From IMG/VR virus record IMGVR_UViG_3300046804_001058, positions 64,001 through 113,936 of that record: DNA of 49,936 bases; one strand, given 5' to 3'. The stretch's first letter is position 1. Each line of letters begins with the position of its first letter. Source of the DNA: a virus (taxonomy: Duplodnaviria; Heunggongvirae; Uroviricota; Caudoviricetes). Of the stretch, positions 44,765 to 49,936 are shown in pieces. The position numbers were made by a program, and so were the translations under genes. The notes under the pieces were generated by a model. That model ran no database searches. It was not told where the DNA came from and worked only from the letters and a program-made list of their open reading frames with translations.

Positions 44765-45182
44765 TGGTGGAGGTGAGGGGAGTTGAACCCCTGTCTCCAC
44801 AAGTATACGTAATACCGTTCTTACATGCTTAGTACTAATACTGAAGGGTGTGGTTAGTAACTTTTATCCTTCTGTTTCTCCATCCGTCTGTTAAGACAAG
44901 TATTTGCACCGTAATGGGATCGCAGGGTCTGCTTTCTACCACCACTCTGTTTATATGACTACAGAGAAAACTCTTGTAACTTTCTGTTTCCAGGTTGTTA
45001 CCACCCAGTTGCCTTAGGCAGCTACTGCTACCTCAGAAGCGAAGGCCATAGCAATGATGCTAGCTCCTTCTGCAACACGCTCAGATTGACTCTTTACGGT
45101 TATTGTTTAGAACTTGTTTACCTGTTCCAAGGCTTGCATGTGATACTACCCATCTCATGTGGATCAAATCCAATACACCCCC
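44765..45182 (-). ncRNA. ssrA: tmRNA (418 nt)
   Basis: 5' GGGGGTGTATTGGATTTGA; 3' GGGGTTCAACTCCCC-T-CACCTCC-ACCA; acceptor stem with G3.U; internal tag ORF ending AVAA-stop. Confidence 0.92.
45014..45097 (-). other. tmRNA tag reading frame (A)VKSQSERVAEGASIIAMAFASEVAVAA*
   Basis: Follows ATAACC (resume-like context); stop lies in the TGCC-TAA-GGCA hairpin; resume codon is inferred. Confidence 0.65.
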
Positions 45183-45188
45183 AAAGTC

Positions 45189-45302
45189 TTATTTTTTCTT
45201 GTTGATGATGTTACCATCTTCATCCATCATTGGAGCCCTATGAAATTCATAGGACATCCAAATGATGATTGAAAATAGAACAAAGATAACTAAATATATC
45301 AT
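45189..45302 (-). CDS. Small single-TM protein (37 aa)
   Basis: MIYLVIFVLFSIIIWMSYEF...; TAATG coupling. Confidence 0.6.
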   Translation of the reverse strand: MIYLVIFVLFSIIIWMSYEFHRAPMMDEDGNIINKKK

Positions 45303-45538
45303 TATCTATTGAATTTTGCTCTGATAAATCTTGATTTAACTTTTGTATACTCATTTGATGGTGTATACATGTAGCGTCCATTTTGGATCACCAATCTGTT
45401 AGCTGCAGCAGCTGTAGTTGGTCTGTTAAATACTGTATCAATTAGCTTATCAATAGCATGATCTATACCAGCCATTGGATCATAAGTAAGAATACTATCT
45501 CTTGAATGCATTCTAGTGGAATAAATTAATGTTGCCAT
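45302..45538 (-). CDS. Hypothetical protein
   Basis: ORF track. Confidence 0.65.
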   Translation of the reverse strand: MATLIYSTRMHSRDSILTYDPMAGIDHAIDKLIDTVFNRPTTAAAANRLVIQNGRYMYTPSNEYTKVKSRFIRAKFNR

Positions 45539-45544
45539 GTGTTG

Positions 45545-46276
45545 TTATTTTAATTTTGTGAACAATTCAGACAATTTACCTTCTTCATGTGTAGCCATTA
45601 CAAACTGTTTCTTGTTCTTCTCTAGATTTGATATGAACTTCTTGTGATTATAGTTTTTAGTCACTCTCAAGAACTTAACATACTCTGAACAAGCATATTT
45701 ATTCTCAAATCTGTTCATTCTAGGAACAACTTTTAACATGTCTGTAACATAATCAAGGATTTGTACATTCTCTTTCTCATTTGAGATTCTGAACTCACCT
45801 GATTTAATCTTTCTACCTGCAGATCCTGTATCAGCACTTGGAAGAGTTAATAATACTCCTGCAAGAAAACTGATTTCAAAATCATACACTTGGAAATAAT
45901 GATTTAACTTAACATAATCAGGCACTAATGATGCCCATGCTGTTACATAATCAACCATTGCCCAGTTTTTAGATGATGCATTTAACAATGCAATCTTCTC
46001 TACTAACTCTTTTTTATCCTTTATATCAATTGATACGTATGGAATATCCATATTATTTCTAATCAATGCATTGAATAAGTGTTGACCATCAATGATATAT
46101 GGTTTCTTCTTACCATCAATAAATGCTAACTCAGATATTACAACTGGTCTAATGATGCCCATCTTGTTTACTGAATTTGCTAATTTAGTCACTTGAGAAG
46201 GATTAATAGGTCTATTAATACCTGCTAAATAAGAGAATGACTGTTTGCTGTTTTTTGTTAAAGTTTGAATTTTCAT
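45545..46276 (-). CDS. ParB/Srx N-terminal-domain-like protein
   Basis: NRPIN...LANSVNKMGIIRPVVI...IIDGQHLFNAL...ALLNASSKNW. Confidence 0.7.
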   Translation of the reverse strand: MKIQTLTKNSKQSFSYLAGINRPINPSQVTKLANSVNKMGIIRPVVISELAFIDGKKKPYIIDGQHLFNALIRNNMDIPYVSIDIKDKKELVEKIALLNASSKNWAMVDYVTAWASLVPDYVKLNHYFQVYDFEISFLAGVLLTLPSADTGSAGRKIKSGEFRISNEKENVQILDYVTDMLKVVPRMNRFENKYACSEYVKFLRVTKNYNHKKFISNLEKNKKQFVMATHEEGKLSELFTKLK

Positions 46277-46316
46277 GCTTTCTGTGTTTTGACTTTTTGT
46301 TTTCTAGATTTGTTAT

Positions 46317-46556
46317 TTATTTCTTGTTCTTTATATGCTCAGACATAGCTGCATCATCATACAGACTCATCATGTTGTGAGCGTTATCTGTTGATCCGTT
46401 ATTGTACCAAGCAATACCAACCCTGTATTCAGCAGCCCATTGTTCATAAGTCAATTGCTCATCTGGCATGACAGTAGATTTTGTTTTGATTACACATATC
46501 TTTGGTCTGTCTTCAGGAGCTTTGTCTTTGTACAATAAATCTAATACCTTTTTCAT
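46317..46556 (-). CDS. Hypothetical protein
   Basis: ORF track. Confidence 0.65.
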   Translation of the reverse strand: MKKVLDLLYKDKAPEDRPKICVIKTKSTVMPDEQLTYEQWAAEYRVGIAWYNNGSTDNAHNMMSLYDDAAMSEHIKNKK

Positions 46557-46587
46557 AATTGGTTTAATTAGAGATTAATTAATTTGA

Positions 46588-47187
46588 TTATTCTGTCTCA
46601 TGATCAGAATCATATCTTGGACATCTATCTTCTGATGTAAAACCTGCACTGTCTGTGTCTGGTTCATCATGAGTCCAATCATCTATGTCATCCCAATCTT
46701 CTTCGTCTTCAGGATAATCATCTTGCTCATACAAGTAATCATCTTCATCCCATGGTAATCTGATTGTTACCTTGTCCATATATATTATAGGAACAGCTAG
46801 ATCATCTTCCATAGCTTCATCAACCACTTCTATATCCAATTCACCTTCATAGTCTGATAATATCGTATTGATATCTTTGAGCTCTATATCTCTAAGCTCA
46901 TCAGAATCAGGTCCATCATCCCACCAACCTATTTGATAAGGATAAGCTAGCACTTCTGCTCTTGCATCAGCATTAGCTGTGATGGACACAATGATAGGAT
47001 TAACAGGACAACCATTTTCTGCTATATATGCATCTGGGTCTTGTGGTTTGTGAAACAATTGAAAGATTCTATCATATGTATATCTTTTACCATATATTGT
47101 GTCTGTGATTTGTTGTTTAAACCACATACCTGGTTGTAGTTCTTCAGGTAGATAGGATTCAAACACTAGTTTTGCTCTTATAAACAT
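46588..47187 (-). CDS. Hypothetical protein with very acidic C-terminus
   Basis: ORF track; start moved to MFIRAK. Confidence 0.7.
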   Translation of the reverse strand: MFIRAKLVFESYLPEELQPGMWFKQQITDTIYGKRYTYDRIFQLFHKPQDPDAYIAENGCPVNPIIVSITANADARAEVLAYPYQIGWWDDGPDSDELRDIELKDINTILSDYEGELDIEVVDEAMEDDLAVPIIYMDKVTIRLPWDEDDYLYEQDDYPEDEEDWDDIDDWTHDEPDTDSAGFTSEDRCPRYDSDHETE

Positions 47188-47212
47188 ATTCGTATTTTTA
47201 ATAATGAATAAC

Positions 47213-47249
47213 AAATAAATAAGGACCCAGCTGGGGGAAGCTGAGCCCT
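47213..47249 (-). terminator. Intrinsic terminator
   Basis: Minus strand AGGGCTCAGCT-TCCCCC-AGCTGGGTCCT-TTATTT. Confidence 0.7.
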
Positions 47250-47271
47250 ATATTTACCAACACACACACAT

Positions 47272-47412
47272 CTAATAACCTATTAAAGCCAAATCTTTTG
47301 TATCAGCCTCTATGAAGACTGATGTGTGTTTAATTCTTTGTATCCTATATTTAAACTTTGCTACCACTTTAAATATATAGAATTCTTGAGGAGTTAGTTG
47401 TATTGTTTTCAT
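47272..47412 (-). CDS. Hypothetical protein (46 aa)
   Basis: Manual translation MKTIQLTPQEFYIFK...ALIGY. Confidence 0.55.
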   Translation of the reverse strand: MKTIQLTPQEFYIFKVVAKFKYRIQRIKHTSVFIEADTKDLALIGY

Positions 47413-47424
47413 AACTATTAATTG

Positions 47425-47676
47425 TTAGTTTTTAGACATACGTTTTAACATGCTTGGTAAACTATCTTCACCTTCTAGTCCTGCTAGTATAGATGATACA
47501 GATTCACCTCTATCCAATAGACATTTTAATGCAAACATCTGTGAGAATAAAACAATTGCTCCTTCAGCCTTCTTATTAGAATCATCAAGCTTGTATTCAG
47601 CTATTGCTTCTTCAAGCTGTTCAATGATTTCATTCATGGGCATAATCTTTGCCCCTAATACGATAACTTCTTTCAT
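47425..47676 (-). CDS. Hypothetical protein
   Basis: ORF track. Confidence 0.65.
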   Translation of the reverse strand: MKEVIVLGAKIMPMNEIIEQLEEAIAEYKLDDSNKKAEGAIVLFSQMFALKCLLDRGESVSSILAGLEGEDSLPSMLKRMSKN

Positions 47677-47685
47677 AATGCTATA

Positions 47686-48093
47686 TTATTGTGGGTTCTT
47701 AGTTAGGTTAAATCTTGGTACTACTTGAATGTAAATGTTATCTGGATAGTTTCCACCAAATACATATTCTGTTACAGGACACAACCACAAATGGTGATTG
47801 TTGTGCTCAGGTACAGAGTAATACGCACCGTAATCAACTGGTGCATGACCAATTGCATCTAATAATGATTGGTTCTTACCCATATCAATTTTGTTTAATG
47901 TATGTGTATGACCATCAAATGGCTTTACGTCCATTTCAATAGACACTCTATTACCATTATTAGATAAATAGTCTAAGAATGTATCAGCACCATCTACCAT
48001 TAATAAATTAGCTGTAGTGCCTAAACCTGCTTCTAAGAACTCTGGTAAATCAATATACCATAATCCGTTTTCTTTGTAAAATGTGTGTTTCAT
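47686..48093 (-). CDS. Hypothetical protein
   Basis: FYKENGLWYIDLPE...MVDGADTFLD...LWLCPVTEYVFGGNYP. Confidence 0.75.
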   Translation of the reverse strand: MKHTFYKENGLWYIDLPEFLEAGLGTTANLLMVDGADTFLDYLSNNGNRVSIEMDVKPFDGHTHTLNKIDMGKNQSLLDAIGHAPVDYGAYYSVPEHNNHHLWLCPVTEYVFGGNYPDNIYIQVVPRFNLTKNPQ

Positions 48094-48098
48094 TTGTT

Positions 48099-48338
48099 TT
48101 ATTTATTTAAATGTGCGTCTTCTAATCCATCATTATATCCTTTGACATAATAATGTGTTTCAACTCTGCAGATATGACTATCAACTAGCAAATAGCCAGT
48201 CATATATCCTATTGCAGATAATATACATATCAATGCTAGATTACTAGCACTAAATGGAACAATCATTGGAAATAGTATATCCAACGATGTTGTTATGACA
48301 ATCATAAAGATGCCAAGTAGTAATTCAAATTTTTTCAT
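48099..48338 (-). CDS. 2-TM membrane protein
   Basis: ORF track; hydrophobic segments. Confidence 0.65.
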   Translation of the reverse strand: MKKFELLLGIFMIVITTSLDILFPMIVPFSASNLALICILSAIGYMTGYLLVDSHICRVETHYYVKGYNDGLEDAHLNK

Positions 48339-48500
48339 AAACGATGTGTGTTAATAGATTAATAATCAATGTGTTGTGTAAAAAGATATGGTTTGGCCTC
48401 ACCATAAAGCCTCTATTCAATGAAGTAGAACAGATAAACTCCTGTAATAATGTATATTCTTACCTTTGGTACGCTAAAGGCTAATAACTAAAAGAATATA

Positions 48501-48662
48501 CTAACGCTTGTAATAATGTGGTTTAACATGTGCTTGCTTGTACCAGAATTGTGGATCTGTTGAAGGACATGTAGTCTTAATAACTGTGCATGATGACATT
48601 AACACTATAATTAATAGTGTAGCAAAGAACCATGCTAGTAATGTAGGTAATTGCTTTTTCAT
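48501..48662 (-). CDS. Small lipoprotein (53 aa)
   Basis: Manual translation MKKQLPTLLAWFFATLLIIVLMSS/CTVIKTTCP... Confidence 0.65.
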   Translation of the reverse strand: MKKQLPTLLAWFFATLLIIVLMSSCTVIKTTCPSTDPQFWYKQAHVKPHYYKR

Positions 48663-48664
48663 AA

Positions 48665-48895
48665 TTACTTGGTTTTAAATACTTTAATGGAATCAAATTC
48701 CTCATCATGTCCCAATGCTACATATGTAATGAATGATAATACATTGTAGAAGAACGACACGACAATGAACACCTCAGAACGTACAGCTTCACTATAAGTG
48801 AAAGCAAATCCTGTAATAAGCATAAAGAATAAGACTATAACATATGGTATAGTCCATAGTGCAAAAATGTTTGCAAGGTGTTTGATTAAGTTCAT
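48665..48895 (-). CDS. 2-TM membrane protein
   Basis: ORF track; hydrophobic segments. Confidence 0.65.
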   Translation of the reverse strand: MNLIKHLANIFALWTIPYVIVLFFMLITGFAFTYSEAVRSEVFIVVSFFYNVLSFITYVALGHDEEFDSIKVFKTK

Positions 48896-49077
48896 GTGAT
48901 TGTGTATTTAATGCTATATATATTTAATTGTATAGCATGATTGATGAATGTATATTTTTACTGTGATAACCTATCTATGGTCACACACCTATTCTCACAC
49001 TTACATTAAAGTGTTGATTATCAGTGTGTTTTTAAAAGCCCAACCCTATATATGTATCATATGCCCACCCTATGTAT

Positions 49078-49112
49078 AAAAACAAGGAGATAGATTGCTC
49101 TATCCCCTTGTT
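49078..49112 (-). terminator. Intrinsic terminator, GCAA tetraloop
   Basis: Minus strand AACAAGGGGATAGA-GCAA-TCTATCTCCTTGTT-TTT. Confidence 0.8.
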
Positions 49113-49122
49113 AATTAACTAA

Positions 49123-49563
49123 TTACAATGCAATTAAGTCTTGATAGTTAGTTGCTTTTGTACTAACAGCAACAGTCTTCAATTCAGAAGCATTGTACTT
49201 AACAACACCTGTTCCTGGCATACTGATGTAATTGATTCCATTCTCATCTTCTAAGATGGAATAGTCTGCTAACTCAGATAATGTGATGTTCTTAGCTCTT
49301 AAGTCTCTACTAACAGACTCAGAACAACTAATGCTGATAGACTCAGGTTGTCCATTTTCAGCAATCTTGCCATTGTACACTAACACTAAGACACGATTGT
49401 AAACCATTTCGCCCTTAGCATTCAACTTAGTCTCACGCTTTAAGTTAGATGGAATCAAACCTAATGCACCTTTCTCAGTCATTAAGTCTCTTACAGTACC
49501 GTTATTAACTAATGTAGTAGCGGTTGCTTGTCTTTGGTAAGCTTGGAATTGTGGTAAAGCCAT
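49123..49563 (-). CDS. Hypothetical protein, first gene of the minus-strand block
   Basis: ORF track; has its own terminator. Confidence 0.75.
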   Translation of the reverse strand: MALPQFQAYQRQATATTLVNNGTVRDLMTEKGALGLIPSNLKRETKLNAKGEMVYNRVLVLVYNGKIAENGQPESISISCSESVSRDLRAKNITLSELADYSILEDENGINYISMPGTGVVKYNASELKTVAVSTKATNYQDLIAL

Positions 49564-49635
49564 AATAATTGGTTGGTTGACCTAAACACCATAAGGTTTT
49601 TTGTTTAATTGTAATTTGATTGTATTGTCAACGAT

Positions 49636-49718
49636 CAGGAGGGGTATCCCCAACTTCTCAATTCACAGGTGGGGTATCTGGTAGGAGTAGCCTCCTCTCC
49701 CATCAACATGGGGGGTAT
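49636..49718. repeat. GGGGTAT repeats (CAGGAGGGGTATC / CAGGTGGGGTATC / GGGGGTATA)
   Basis: Cores at 49641, 49671 and 49712. Confidence 0.7.
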
Positions 49719-49745
49719 AGGCATTGGAAAAAAAATTTTAGAAAT

Positions 49746-49761
49746 TGTTCCACGTGGAACC
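49746..49761. promoter_or_regulatory. parS-like site TGTTCCACGTGGAACC
   Basis: Perfect 14-bp palindrome GTTCCACGTGGAAC; 15/16 match to the widespread parS variant TGTTCCACGTGGAACA. Confidence 0.7.
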
Positions 49762-49936
49762 ATGGCTCCAGTCACTTCCTGTTTTGGCAGCTTTTTGCTT
49801 CCTGGTTTGTCAAGCTATGTCTTTACTATATACAGTAAATAGTAAACCTATAACTTGACTTATATGACCCATCATAGCCTTAAGTTGTTCCTTATAAGGG
49901 ATGTTATAATATGGTGCTGTACCGGAATTATAATCC

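Noticed and set aside
44765-44800. tRNA gene (T-arm + CCA)
   Set aside because: No anticodon arm nearby; the matching 5' acceptor strand lies ~400 nt away, which identifies a tmRNA.
49620-49838. Track ORF 49620-49838 (+)
   Set aside because: Atypical composition, overlaps the repeats and parS, and no recognisable motif; more likely non-coding.

Overview
A ~50 kb AT-rich fragment of a tailed dsDNA phage genome. The host is very probably Bacteroidota: there are several TTG-N19-20-TAnnTTTG promoters, A-rich leaders without Shine-Dalgarno sites, and T9SS-like domains. The PolB/primase/DnaB/UDG replication module resembles crAss-like or related environmental phages (inference). Layout: (i) 1-2238 (-): edge-truncated methyltransferase + two-glycosyltransferase fusion, missed by the ORF track. 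(ii) 2297-17339 (+): lysis genes (holin/spanin candidates, GH19 endolysin); a cluster of exported envelope proteins (two CsgG-like proteins, a cohesin/dockerin protein, a T9SS-CTD-like lipoprotein, a beta-barrel); LamG/fibre-like proteins; a glycosyltransferase; a ferritin-like protein; and a tandem array of Lys-rich KxGG-motif proteins. (iii) 17426-49563 (-): GroES-like, HNH, dUTPase, RecA, class II RNR, PD-(D/E)XK exonuclease, rIIA/rIIB, atypical UDG, DUF932, primase, AAA ATPase, SF2 and DnaB helicases, SPL-like radical SAM, thioredoxin, PolB, a repeat-bounded small-gene array, a GIY-YIG-HTH fusion with a palindromic operator, a tmRNA with a long tag, a ParB-like protein and small early genes. 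A near-perfect parS site lies at the right end. No capsid, terminase, integrase, rRNA, tRNA or CRISPR was seen. All family calls are motif recognition by eye, not database searches. The best candidate for an undescribed system is the envelope cluster at 5009-10725.
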